Source: Deltaproteobacteria bacterium (GTDB taxonomy: Bacteria > Myxococcota_A > UBA9160 > SMWR01). Taken from it: a DNA stretch of 55,715 bases. Of the stretch, positions 38,397 to 47,878 are shown piece after piece. Position 1 is the first letter of the stretch, and every line of letters begins with the position of its first letter. The stretch is taken from assembly GCA_032128375.1 (NCBI GenBank), contig JAQBGU010000049.1, forward strand, positions 1-55,715. The letters run 5' to 3'. Both the position numbers and the translations under genes were made by a program. The notes under the pieces are model-generated. The model was not told the DNA's origin and ran no database searches. It worked only from the letters and a program-made list of their open reading frames with translations.

Positions 38397-39242
38397 ATGG
38401 AATTCGTTCGAAATTGGATCGAGAAATCACCGCTCAGCGCCGCGATGGGCGTCGGGCTCGACTCGATCTCCGAACAGAGCGCACGACTCGTACTGCCGTA
38501 CCTCGAAGCCAATACCAACCCCGGCAAGGCGTTGCACGGCGGCTGCGCGGCCACACTTGGTGCGATCGGTGGCCAGGTCGTCGCGCGCGCTGCGCTTGGG
38601 GAACCAGCCGGACCCTTCCACACCTTCTCGATGCAGGTCAACTACCTCGCGGCCGCAATCGACGAAGGCATCGTCGCCAATGCCAGGCTGTTGCGGCGAG
38701 GCAAAGAACTGGTTTTTGTCGAAGTCGATGTTGCGACCGACCAGGGAAAATCGATCGCGCACATCACGACCAGCGTGCGCGGCCGCTTCGGCGCGGAACC
38801 TGCCGAACTCGCGACATCTCAGCGCGATCACGCCGAAAGCGATCCGGGCGCGATGGGCCCGCACCTGCACAAGATGCCGTTCATCGGCAGCCGTGGAATT
38901 TTTTGTGAGCACATGACCGGTGGAACGTCGCGCCTGGTGATGCCGTTTCTGGAATCGAATGCGGACGCCAGTGGCGGCGTCCACGAAGGCGCCGTATTGG
39001 CGCTGCTGGATACGACGGGCGCGATGGCGTCCTGGGCGGAGACTGGACCCGGCCGATTCAAAGCTTCGACACCGTCTATGCAGGCCCGGATCATGTGTTC
39101 TCCGCGCAAGGCAGACCTGATTGGCTACGGGAAAATGGTCCAGCGCGACAACGAAATTTTTTGGAGCGATGTCGAAGTGGTGAGCGCCGACGATGCGAGG
39201 ATCGTTGCGCGCGGAACCGTCGTCTACCGAATCCTGACCTGA
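38397..39242 (+). CDS. Double hotdog PaaI-family thioesterase
   Basis: Two repeats: NPGKALHGG and GGVHEGAVLALLD. Confidence 0.88.
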   Translation: MEFVRNWIEKSPLSAAMGVGLDSISEQSARLVLPYLEANTNPGKALHGGCAATLGAIGGQVVARAALGEPAGPFHTFSMQVNYLAAAIDEGIVANARLLRRGKELVFVEVDVATDQGKSIAHITTSVRGRFGAEPAELATSQRDHAESDPGAMGPHLHKMPFIGSRGIFCEHMTGGTSRLVMPFLESNADASGGVHEGAVLALLDTTGAMASWAETGPGRFKASTPSMQARIMCSPRKADLIGYGKMVQRDNEIFWSDVEVVSADDARIVARGTVVYRILT

Positions 39243-39287
39243 ATCTTGCTCGAGCTTCCCTTGAGTCTCCTTCTGGGTAAATGATCA

Positions 39288-39920
39288 ATGAGCCCCGCCC
39301 TAGACCAGGAACTCGCACGCATCAGCCAACGCATCCGCGAAGCCCGCGATGCGGCCGGGTTGACCTTGCAGGAGCTCGCCGCCAGGAGTGGTGTAGCGAC
39401 CAGTACGATCCAAAAGGTCGAGACCGAGCAGATGATTCCGAGCGTGGCGGTCATTATCAAGATAGCCCGTGGCCTGGGAATGCACGTCTCGCAGCTCGTA
39501 CAAGAAGGCGAGGAGACCCTCGAGATCTCTCACATCAGCGCCCACGAACGCCACGAAATCGGCGCGAAGGGAAAGTTGCTCGTCGAGCGGCTATCGGGCG
39601 ACCTGCTCGAACCCTCGCTCGAGATGTGGCGTGTCACGCTGTATCCGGGCATATCGAGTGGTCGGCAAGCGATCGAGTACGACGGCGAGGAGATCGTAAA
39701 CTGTGAAGCGGGCGAGGTCACATTCTGTCTCGGCGAGCAGGAATACGTACTCGCCACCGGTGATAGCCTGCACTTCAAGGCATCGATCCCGCACCTCTGG
39801 CGCAATGACGGTCATTCGCCGGCGCGCTTCACAGTCACTGGGACGCTGCCGCGGAAATTCCGGGCCGCACTTCGCCAGCAAATCGGGTCGTTGACCCCGG
39901 ACGTGAAGACCACCCTGTAG
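39288..39920 (+). CDS. XRE family transcriptional regulator with cupin domain
   Basis: LTLQELAARSGVATSTIQKVE HTH; GEE...GDSLHF...PH. Confidence 0.95.
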   Translation: MSPALDQELARISQRIREARDAAGLTLQELAARSGVATSTIQKVETEQMIPSVAVIIKIARGLGMHVSQLVQEGEETLEISHISAHERHEIGAKGKLLVERLSGDLLEPSLEMWRVTLYPGISSGRQAIEYDGEEIVNCEAGEVTFCLGEQEYVLATGDSLHFKASIPHLWRNDGHSPARFTVTGTLPRKFRAALRQQIGSLTPDVKTTL

Positions 39921-40012
39921 TTCACGCGTCGCGACGCGCGGGCAGCTGTCGCCGTCGCAACCGTTGTCGCTGCCAGCCCCGAGACACTAGTATCCCGCAC
40001 GACGAGGCCCAG

Positions 40013-40140
40013 ATGAAGAGCGTCATCGCGTTTGACAGGTCGGCCAGCCGGCGAATCGAGGCGGCTTACCTGACGGCGGATGTCGTCGCACAGCGTGTTG
40101 AAGTGCTGGCTGCGCTCGATGTTCGTCCGGGCGAGCGGGA
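40013..40140 (+). pseudogene. N-terminal remnant of a UbiE-type methyltransferase, in frame with the GNAT gene
   Basis: FDRSASRRIEAAYLTADVVAQRVEVLAALDVRPGER; the sequence diverges exactly where motif I (VLDxGxG) should follow. Confidence 0.6.
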
Positions 40141-40177
40141 GAGAGGTTCAACCATTTCAGAAGGTCCTCGACTTCGA

Positions 40178-40774
40178 GTGCAGGTTCAGGTGCGCGAAGC
40201 GGCCGCATCGGACCGCGACGAAATTGCGCACAGCCTCGCGCGGGCCTTCCAGGATGATCCTGTCTCGGCGTTTCTGTTTCCCGACTCCACGGTTCGTGCG
40301 CGCCGGCTGCCTCCCTTCTACGCGTCGGTGATCCGCATTTTCGACCAATTGGGGCTGGTTCAGACCGAGGATCAGCTCCGAGGTGCCGCCGCCTGGCAAT
40401 CGCCGGCCGCGAGACCGAAGCTGCGAGAGGTACTTCCCGGCATGATCGGGATGGGGATCGCGCTTCGGTCTACGTGGTTCCGACTCGCAAAATTGAACGC
40501 GGCGGTCGTCCCGTTTCACCCCCGCGAGCCGCACTGGTACCTCGCCGTACTCGGAACCGACCCCTCCGCTCAGCGGTCCGGCATCGCATCCGCGTTGATC
40601 CGACCCACGCTGCAACGCTGCGACGATGAGGGAATCATCGCCTATCTCGAATCGTCCAAAGAGGCGAATATCTCTTTCTATCAGCGTCACGGCTTCCGCG
40701 TAGCGCACGAAATCGACGTTCCACAGGGTCCGAAGCTCTGGGCGATGCAGCGCGAGCCAAACAAGCCCCGCTAG
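40178..40774 (+). CDS. GNAT family N-acetyltransferase (puromycin acetyltransferase-like)
   Basis: LARAFQDDP, HWYLAVLGTDPSAQRSGIAS, YLESS..NISFYQRHGF; ORF open from 40013. Confidence 0.9.
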   Translation: MQVQVREAAASDRDEIAHSLARAFQDDPVSAFLFPDSTVRARRLPPFYASVIRIFDQLGLVQTEDQLRGAAAWQSPAARPKLREVLPGMIGMGIALRSTWFRLAKLNAAVVPFHPREPHWYLAVLGTDPSAQRSGIASALIRPTLQRCDDEGIIAYLESSKEANISFYQRHGFRVAHEIDVPQGPKLWAMQREPNKPR

Positions 40775-40777
40775 CGA

Positions 40778-41356
40778 TCACGAATGCGGGCCGGGCCGGG
40801 CCGGTTTTGGATGGCGTGCCAGCAGCTTTTGCAGCGCGTCCTCTCCCAAGCTTTCGAGACGAGCGATGTTCCGAGCGGGTATTCCCTCCGGATCGGCGTG
40901 CATTGCGATCGCTCGGCTTACCGAATCCTCCCGAATCAGGTGCAGCATGGGATACGGAGATCGGTTCGTGTAGTTCCCTATCGCATTTGGCTCGGTTGCT
41001 TCGAACCGGTAGTCGGGATGGAAGCTCGCGATCTGGATCTCGCCCTCCAGCAACTCGCCAACCACGGTTGCGTTCGCGACTTCGAGAAAGTCGTTGAAAT
41101 CAAGAAAGTCGCGAAGCACGTTCGGGTGCACCAGCAGCGACGAATCCAGCGTGTGAGGGCTCGATGCTCCCGACTCGAGGATGCCCAACTCGATTACCAG
41201 TAGCTCCAGCAGTTCGGCAGGCGCAACGGCCGCGGTGACCTGGATGCGAAGGCGCCCAGAATCGATCGAGCGCTTCGCGAACGGGCACAGGTCCAAACCG
41301 ACGACGACCGCATCGATCCAGTCTCGCGTTTCGGCGAGTATGCGTTCTTCGTTCAT
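40778..41356 (-). CDS. DUF1415 family protein
   Basis: VVVGLDLCPFA, QIASFHPDY, YTNRSPYPMLHLIRE. Confidence 0.92.
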   Translation of the reverse strand: MNEERILAETRDWIDAVVVGLDLCPFAKRSIDSGRLRIQVTAAVAPAELLELLVIELGILESGASSPHTLDSSLLVHPNVLRDFLDFNDFLEVANATVVGELLEGEIQIASFHPDYRFEATEPNAIGNYTNRSPYPMLHLIREDSVSRAIAMHADPEGIPARNIARLESLGEDALQKLLARHPKPARPGPHS

Positions 41357-41390
41357 TCACGCTTGCCCTTGCAGCGACTGGTTGTCCGCC

Positions 41391-42311
41391 CTACGACCTC
41401 GCGGCGCGATTCGCGATCGCGGCCATCACCGCCTTCACGGTCGCGGGTTCCGGTGGTTGCGGGCCCAACGCGCGCCGTTCCCCTTCGGCCGTGATCGGAT
41501 GCGGCAGGATTTGGGGAAACAGCGAGCCACCTATCGGGTCGCCCGTCTCGAGCCCGTGCTCCCACAGCAGCGGCATCGTCGCACGCCGATCTTCGTAGGT
41601 CACACCCTCTCCCGACCAGCGGCTCGAAAATGCGCGGCGTGCGGTATCGGTGGAGTAGTTCGCCGAAGAGCCGTGCATGATGTGCGGGTTGAATATCAGG
41701 CAGTCTCCCGGACTCATGTCGGGACAGTACAATTCGTAGTCTTCGCGGTGATTGTCGATGTCGGGCGCGTCATCGAAATCGGAATCCAGCATGAAGGGGT
41801 CGTAGTTCGGTGTCACGGCCTTGAAGCGCTGGGTCCAGCGATGTGAACCCTTGACGAACTCCAAGCCGCTGCTGGCCCGATCGACCGGATCGAACGTGAT
41901 CCAAATCGAGCAAATCGATCGGCATTCGACGTCGACGGGCCAGAACGTAACGTCCTGGTGCCATGGTGTCGGGACGTGGCAGCCCGGCGGCTTCACGAAA
42001 AGCTGATCATAGAAATGACAGATGCGCTCGGAACCCAGCACCTGCTGCGCAATCCGGGCAGCGGGCGACTCGTAGACCCAATCGCGAAAGTCATCATCCA
42101 CCTTCCACACGAACAGGTCGCCGCTGAAGTTCTGGTCCTGCATCGAAACGATGTTTCCAAAGAACGTCGGGTTCGCGACGACCCGGTCCACAGCCAGGGC
42201 CATCCGGTCGATCCATTTGTCGGGAAACAGCCCGCGGGCGCACACGACACCGTCGCTCTGATAGGCGGAAAGTTCATCCGGCGTGAGGTCGCGAAGCGCT
42301 TGTTCGGGCAT
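41391..42311 (-). CDS. PhyH family Fe(II)/2-oxoglutarate dioxygenase
   Basis: TPWHQD, LEFVKGSH, PGDCLIF...HGS, RRAFSSRW; RBS AAGGAG. Confidence 0.92.
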   Translation of the reverse strand: MPEQALRDLTPDELSAYQSDGVVCARGLFPDKWIDRMALAVDRVVANPTFFGNIVSMQDQNFSGDLFVWKVDDDFRDWVYESPAARIAQQVLGSERICHFYDQLFVKPPGCHVPTPWHQDVTFWPVDVECRSICSIWITFDPVDRASSGLEFVKGSHRWTQRFKAVTPNYDPFMLDSDFDDAPDIDNHREDYELYCPDMSPGDCLIFNPHIMHGSSANYSTDTARRAFSSRWSGEGVTYEDRRATMPLLWEHGLETGDPIGGSLFPQILPHPITAEGERRALGPQPPEPATVKAVMAAIANRAARS

Positions 42312-42426
42312 GTCGCTCCTTTGATCCGCTGATCCGCGATGCACGATACCGGTGCGCGATGCGAGTTCGGCTTGCAGGCAAGCGGGTGGCGCCAAGCATG
42401 CCACGATCGCCTTTTCACGGCCATGT

Positions 42427-44514
42427 TCACGCCCGCGTCGCAACCACCCCCTCGAAGGAGTCCCCCTCGCGAAAACCTTCGAGCCGTGGGAAGTCCGGTC
42501 CGGGGGAAGCGGCTTCCACTGAAGCCAGCTTGACGCCAGCGTTCTTCGCGGTGGCAAGCATACGATCGCGCAGGCTGTCTTTCGCGGAATGGTCATTGCG
42601 GCATGCCAGCAGGCAGCCCGCGGGTCGAAGCCGCTGCAGACACAGTGCGATCAGCTCCGCTTGCCGCTTGCGCACCGTCCAGAATTTCCTCCCGACCGCC
42701 GCCGCCGTGGGAGGATCCAGAATGATGCCGTCGAACTGTTCGCTGCTCGGAAGCTTTTCGATGTAACGTTGCGCGTCGTATTTCACGCATTGGTGTTCCC
42801 GCGCATCGAGCCCGTTGCGTTCGAGATTTCTCTGCAGCACATCCAGATACGGGCGGGACAGATCGACACTGACAACCTCGTCGGCGCCCGCGTCGAGCGC
42901 CGCCAACGAAAATGCGCCGGTGTGACAAAACAGGTTCAACCATCGGCCACCGCCGGCCTCCTGAATTCGCTTCGCGATCCGTTCCCGGTTGGATCGCTGA
43001 TCCAAGAAGAGCCCGATACCGGGTCGAGAGCGGCGCGGCTCGGACAGACCCGTGCTGATCTCGAAGCTCAAACCGCGCTCCGATACGCAAAACGATTCTT
43101 GTCGGGGCCGACCTCGCAGGCGCTCGATGCAAACGAATTCGCCTTTGGGGCGATCGGCGAAGTGACGCACACCAACGACGCCCACCACGTTGCGCGTGCC
43201 CGATCGGTCATGCGATCTGAGGCTCCACTGAGTGGCCAATTGATCCATGACTTCGTCGATCGCTTCGCCCGCGAACGAATCACAGCCGTGCCACAAGCTG
43301 ACGACGCGCAGCTCGTCTTCGAGCAGATCGATCATCAAGCCGGGCAGGCGGTCCGCTTCGCCGTGAACCAATCGGAATGCAGTCGTCGCGCGATCGCTGT
43401 ACATGGCGTCAAACAGGCGCGACCTGCGTCGCAACGCGGCGCGGATTCGCGCGCGGATATCGACAGGTTCACCCCCCCAGACCCGCGCGGCGATGCGGCC
43501 CGACCCTTCGATTCTACACACACCCACGTCGCGCCCGCGAGCCGTGCGCGCGTGTGCGATAGTTCCGGGTTCGTAGCCACCGACGTCCGACGTCTCTGTA
43601 TCCGTCAGGATCCACGGATGCCCTCGTTCTAGCGCCAGAGCCGTTGCGTTCGAAACAGTGATCGCTACTGGGACGTCGAGGGGCGGGAAGACGCGCTCCA
43701 TCGTCAAGAAGCCGGGCGGTTCGGGGCAAGTCGCATCGATGCCTTCTTTGGGGATCGCGATTCTCCGGCTGTACAGACGCAGGCCGCCAGCGATCATGAT
43801 TCCGCCGAACATCGGATCCCCGAGGATTGGACACCGCGCGACCGCGAGATGCCGCCTCAGCTGATGGGTTCGGCCGGTGACGGGCGTGAGACTGACCTCG
43901 CAGATCGCGTTCGCGCAGGTTCCGACCGACGGCACGACTTGCGTCACTACTTGAAAACCAGTCTGCGCAGGCTTTCCATCGATTCCGCCGCGAAAGGTAC
44001 CCTCTGGCCACGGCAGCGCGGGTACCATTGCGCGGTACTCTTTTTCGACTTCCGACGCAACGAACGATTCGTACAGTCGCGCCGCCGCCGACTTCGACAG
44101 TGCAATGAGCCACGCGCCACTGACCTCGGCATCGAGCCGATGTACCGGCCAGACGAGTTCGATTTGCGTCTGAAGCGCTGCCGCAACGAGCGATCTCGCG
44201 TCGGGCCCACGCGGGGTTGCCGCGTGGCTGGGCCAGCCGGCGGGCTTATCGACCACGCAGTAGTCATCGCCTTGCAGCAGAATCCCGATCGGTGCCGCGC
44301 TCGGTGGCTTCTTCCCCTCTCGCGCCACCAGCTGAACCAGCGCACCCCCCGCCACGCGGAACGAGGGATCGCGGACGATCTCGCCGCTCACCCGCAGCTC
44401 GCCAGACTCGAACAGCCGTTTGCGCTGGCTGCGGTCGGCTCGCGGCCAGGCGCGATCCAGCAGGTCGACGATCGATGCACCGCGACCAGGCGCTCTGAAT
44501 TCGAGGTTCTTCAA
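42427..44514 (-). CDS. Fusion of S4-RluA pseudouridine synthase with PUA-RlmI/RlmK-like rRNA methyltransferase
   Basis: VDKPAG, HRLD, TGRTHQLR, ILGD; then GHPWI, GEADRLPG, GLFLDQRSNR, LNLFCHTG, ILDPPT. Confidence 0.88.
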   Translation of the reverse strand: MKNLEFRAPGRGASIVDLLDRAWPRADRSQRKRLFESGELRVSGEIVRDPSFRVAGGALVQLVAREGKKPPSAAPIGILLQGDDYCVVDKPAGWPSHAATPRGPDARSLVAAALQTQIELVWPVHRLDAEVSGAWLIALSKSAAARLYESFVASEVEKEYRAMVPALPWPEGTFRGGIDGKPAQTGFQVVTQVVPSVGTCANAICEVSLTPVTGRTHQLRRHLAVARCPILGDPMFGGIMIAGGLRLYSRRIAIPKEGIDATCPEPPGFLTMERVFPPLDVPVAITVSNATALALERGHPWILTDTETSDVGGYEPGTIAHARTARGRDVGVCRIEGSGRIAARVWGGEPVDIRARIRAALRRRSRLFDAMYSDRATTAFRLVHGEADRLPGLMIDLLEDELRVVSLWHGCDSFAGEAIDEVMDQLATQWSLRSHDRSGTRNVVGVVGVRHFADRPKGEFVCIERLRGRPRQESFCVSERGLSFEISTGLSEPRRSRPGIGLFLDQRSNRERIAKRIQEAGGGRWLNLFCHTGAFSLAALDAGADEVVSVDLSRPYLDVLQRNLERNGLDAREHQCVKYDAQRYIEKLPSSEQFDGIILDPPTAAAVGRKFWTVRKRQAELIALCLQRLRPAGCLLACRNDHSAKDSLRDRMLATAKNAGVKLASVEAASPGPDFPRLEGFREGDSFEGVVATRA

Positions 44515-44653
44515 GCTCTACCCTCGCCCGCCTGGGTACACCGAACCAACGGCAGAAGCCACATTCCGGGGCATTCCTCATCCGCGTGACAACGTTGAGT
44601 GATGCTCTGGTCTTTCGGGTCCAGCGCTTCACGATCCGTGATCGCGTTGCACT

Positions 44654-45868
44654 TCAGTTGATGGCGCCCACTTTCTTGAGAGAGGCGATGCGCTCCCAAT
44701 CCAGTCCGAGTTCCAGCAGGATCTCTTCTGTGTGTTGCGCGTGTTCGGGCCCCTTGCGCAGTTCGAATGGTTGCCCGTCGAATTGCACCGGGCTCGCGAC
44801 GACGCGGAACGTCGACCCATCCCCGATATCGATCTCCCTAATGTGATCGTTTGCGATCACCTGCGGATCGCTGGGGATCTGGCCGGTGGTCTGGAATGGA
44901 CCCCACTGGCCCTTCATGGGCGCCAGTTGATCGCGCCACTCTTCGAGGGTCTTGGTCGCGAAGATTTCGGACAGTACCTGCCTTGCCGCGTCGGAGTTTT
45001 CCATGAACGCCTCTCGCGTCGCAAAGCGGGGGTCGGTAGCGAGTTCTGGGTGTCCGAGATGTTCAACGGTGTTGGCCCAGTAGACATGGCCCTGCAACAT
45101 GGTAAACATCATCGTGCCACCGCCCTTCGAGCGATAGATTCCGACGAGCGGATTGATGAAAGCAGCTCCTTGTGTGGGTACTCCGCCGCCTTCGCCTGAG
45201 AGCATCGCGCCGGTCAGCCCAGCCCCCATGGCCCACAAGCCGGTTCCGAGCAGCGAGATGTCGACCACCGAAGGCTCACCGGTTCGCTCGCGCTGGAACA
45301 GTGCAGCCGCAATGCCTCCGGCGATCGTCATTCCCCCGATCGAATCGCCGTAGGCGGGACCGGGTTGGAGGGCCGGCGTCTCGCCCTCGCCTCGCATCCC
45401 CATGCCGCTGCCGCTGCGGGCCCAGTAGTCGGTGGAGTCGTAGCCACCTTTGTGGCGCTCGGGACCTTTGTCGCCGTGAGCTGTGCCGCGCGCGTAGATG
45501 ATCTGGGGATTGACGACGCGGATGTCTTCGACATCGATCTTCATTTTTTTGCGCGCGCCCGGCAGGAAGTTGGTCAGAAATACATCCGACACCTTCGCGA
45601 TCTCGTGCAGCAGCGCGCGCCCATCGGGGTGAGTGAGATCGAGCCCGAGACTTCGCTTGCCCCGGTTGGAATGTTCCATCAAGAAATTGATGTTCGCGGT
45701 GTTGTCCTTGCCGCCAACCTGGATCAGACCGCGCTGGCCGTCGCCTTTGACTGGGTGCTCGATCTTGATGACATCCGCGCCCCAATCGGCCAACACCGCG
45801 CCTGCCGCCGGTACGAAAGTGAACTGCGCCACCTCGAGAACGCGAATGCCCTTCATGACACCGTCCAT
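44654..45868 (-). CDS. CoA transferase, CaiB/BaiF family III
   Basis: GIRVLEVAQFTFVPAAGAVLADWGADVIKIEHP, NRGKRS, PEHAQHTEE. Confidence 0.95.
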   Translation of the reverse strand: MDGVMKGIRVLEVAQFTFVPAAGAVLADWGADVIKIEHPVKGDGQRGLIQVGGKDNTANINFLMEHSNRGKRSLGLDLTHPDGRALLHEIAKVSDVFLTNFLPGARKKMKIDVEDIRVVNPQIIYARGTAHGDKGPERHKGGYDSTDYWARSGSGMGMRGEGETPALQPGPAYGDSIGGMTIAGGIAAALFQRERTGEPSVVDISLLGTGLWAMGAGLTGAMLSGEGGGVPTQGAAFINPLVGIYRSKGGGTMMFTMLQGHVYWANTVEHLGHPELATDPRFATREAFMENSDAARQVLSEIFATKTLEEWRDQLAPMKGQWGPFQTTGQIPSDPQVIANDHIREIDIGDGSTFRVVASPVQFDGQPFELRKGPEHAQHTEEILLELGLDWERIASLKKVGAIN

Positions 45869-46214
45869 CTCTTCCTCCGATTTCCCGGCTTCTCTCCAGC
45901 GTCCAAGCATATCAGGCAGGCCTCAACGGGCGACTCGCTGGGAATCCCGGTCATCTGCGCCCCGGGGACCGAGAAAGCGACGCTCGACTCCTCGACTTGC
46001 TCAGATCCGGCTCCATGGCCGAGCCGTCGCGTTATCGTCCCGGCGCGCGGATCGGCACGGCCCTCGCTGACCACCTCTTTAACGCCTGGTGGGGGCCATG
46101 GGTGGTGTGGGCTGTGTGACACCACACTGTGGGTGATAACACCCAACTGCGACGAGAATTGTGGTTCCGAGCCGAAGCTTCTCAAGAGCCTGGGCCAATG
46201 CATCGATAGGCAAC

Positions 46215-46366
46215 TCAGGTGATCCGAGTTCGACTGCTTCGTGGATGTTCGTTCCTTCTGCTCTGATCGGTTCTCTCGTCTGCCGCTGGTCATGTTGATG
46301 TCGAGCTGATTTTTGACCCCGGAAACTCGCTGAAGCGCTGCTCCAGCTGAAACTCGGATCACCTGA
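46215..46366. repeat. Perfect 16-bp inverted repeat enclosing 120 bp
   Basis: tcaggtgatccgagtt (46215-46230) and aactcggatcacctga (46351-46366). Confidence 0.8.
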
Positions 46367-46433
46367 ATCTCTCGCGAGCGGGTCGGTAACGACGTGGAAG
46401 TCTTCGCCCCGACGCGACGAACGCGCGCGACAC

Positions 46434-46469
46434 TTCACACTTCTTTACTCGGCCGAAATCTGGCCGAAA
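46434..46469. promoter_or_regulatory. CpxR/OmpR-type tandem binding sites upstream of the Spy/CpxP gene
   Basis: Minus strand GTAAA-gaagt-GTGAA (46448-46434); ggccgaaa direct repeat at 46451 and 46462 (11-bp period). Confidence 0.55.
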
Positions 46470-46532
46470 CGCGCGCGAACTAGCCTCCTGGGACGCTCGG
46501 AGCCACTTCCGAGACGAAACGGGGGCGCAACC

Positions 46533-47054
46533 ATGAGCGAGCAACGAAACGACAAGACACGTTCCAATACCCTGCGCAGGTCCGCATGGATGTTCGGTGC
46601 GGCCGTCAGCATGCTGGCCGGTCTGCTGATTGTTGGGTCGGCACCACCGACAGCGCCGACCGCAGCCTACGCCGGCGGTTGGCGCGGTCATTGGGGGCAC
46701 GATCGGCACGGCGACCCGGCTGAACACGCTCAGCTGGCGGTCGAATGGGTGCTGCGTGGGGTCGACGGGACACCCGAGCAGATCGAGCAGATCACCGCGA
46801 TTGCAAAGGCATCGATCGACGAGCTGTCGGGGCTCCGAGAGGAGCAGCGTCAGCAGCATCAGGCGTTCGCTACCGAGATGTCGAAAGCGACAGTCGATAG
46901 TGACGCGACCGAGCGACTGCGCAGCGCTGGAATGGACGCCCTGGACACGGCATCCGTGCATCTGATGAAGGCGTTGATCGAGGCCGCGGGAGTCCTGACG
47001 CTCGAGCAACGGCTCGAATTGATCGAACTCGCCCAGCGCTTCCATCGACCCTGA
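46533..47054 (+). CDS. Spy/CpxP family periplasmic protein
   Basis: Signal peptide, Gly/His-rich linker, TPEQ and VLTLEQR motifs. Confidence 0.85.
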   Translation: MSEQRNDKTRSNTLRRSAWMFGAAVSMLAGLLIVGSAPPTAPTAAYAGGWRGHWGHDRHGDPAEHAQLAVEWVLRGVDGTPEQIEQITAIAKASIDELSGLREEQRQQHQAFATEMSKATVDSDATERLRSAGMDALDTASVHLMKALIEAAGVLTLEQRLELIELAQRFHRP

Positions 47055-47169
47055 GGCGGGCAATGCGGAGTACCATAGACGGTACTGTTCACTGCAACAT
47101 CGACGGCGGAGCAACATCGCGGGCGCGTCGCCACCGAGCAACGCGCCCTCGATGCGCCTGGAGACCTGT

Positions 47170-47878
47170 TTGGCCAATCGGATCTTGATGATCGAAGACG
47201 ATGAGAGCCTGTCTGCGATGCTGGCCGAGTACCTCCAGGGCGCCGGGCTGGAGCTGTGGTCGAAGGCGACGGGCGCATCCGGCCTCGACCTGCTCGCATC
47301 CGGGGACTTCGATGCGCTGATCCTCGATGTGATGTTGCCCGATTGCGACGGCTTCGAGGTGTGTCGCAAAGTGCGTGCCCGCTCTGAAATCCCGATCTTG
47401 ATGCTGACAGCCCGCGGCGACGAGACCGACCGCATCGTCGGCCTCGAACTCGGTGCTGACGACTACCTCCCGAAACCCCTTCAATCCCCGCGAACTGCTG
47501 GCAAGGCTGCGTGCGATCTTGCGGCGCGCGCGCCGCCTGGAGGTCAGCTCCCGAGCGCTGCGATTCGGTCGGCTCGAAGTCGACTGCGATGCGCGAATCG
47601 TTCGAGTCGACGGCGAAGAACGATCACTGACCAGTCACCAGTTCGACTTGATCTGCGCACTGGCCGAGAACTCCGGTCGCGTCATGTCGCGCGATATGTT
47701 GATGCAACGAGTTCGCGGCCAGAGCCTCGACGCCTTCGATCGCAGTATCGACGTTCACATTTCTCGAATCCGCGCGGCCATCGAGGACGACCCCAAGAAG
47801 CCGCGCCGTGTGATCACGGTCCGAGATGCCGGATATGCGTGGGCCAAGCAGCAAGACGACGAAATTGACCGCGGATGA
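47170..47878 (+). pseudogene. OmpR family response regulator with +1 frameshift (real or sequencing error)
   Basis: Receiver ends GADDYLPKP; CCCC at 47476-47479; FNPRELLAR...DRSIDVHISRIR continues in another frame. Confidence 0.85.

Noticed and set aside
39925..39938. cgcgtcgcgacgcg palindrome
   Set aside because: Low-complexity CG palindrome, likely by chance; at most part of a weak terminator
46215..46366. Retron msr/msd or 6S RNA
   Set aside because: No reverse transcriptase nearby and no recognisable 6S context or sequence; kept only as an unassigned element
45853..46438. Minus-strand ORFs in the CaiB-Spy gap
   Set aside because: Atypical composition, no motifs, and overlap with inverted repeats and operator sites
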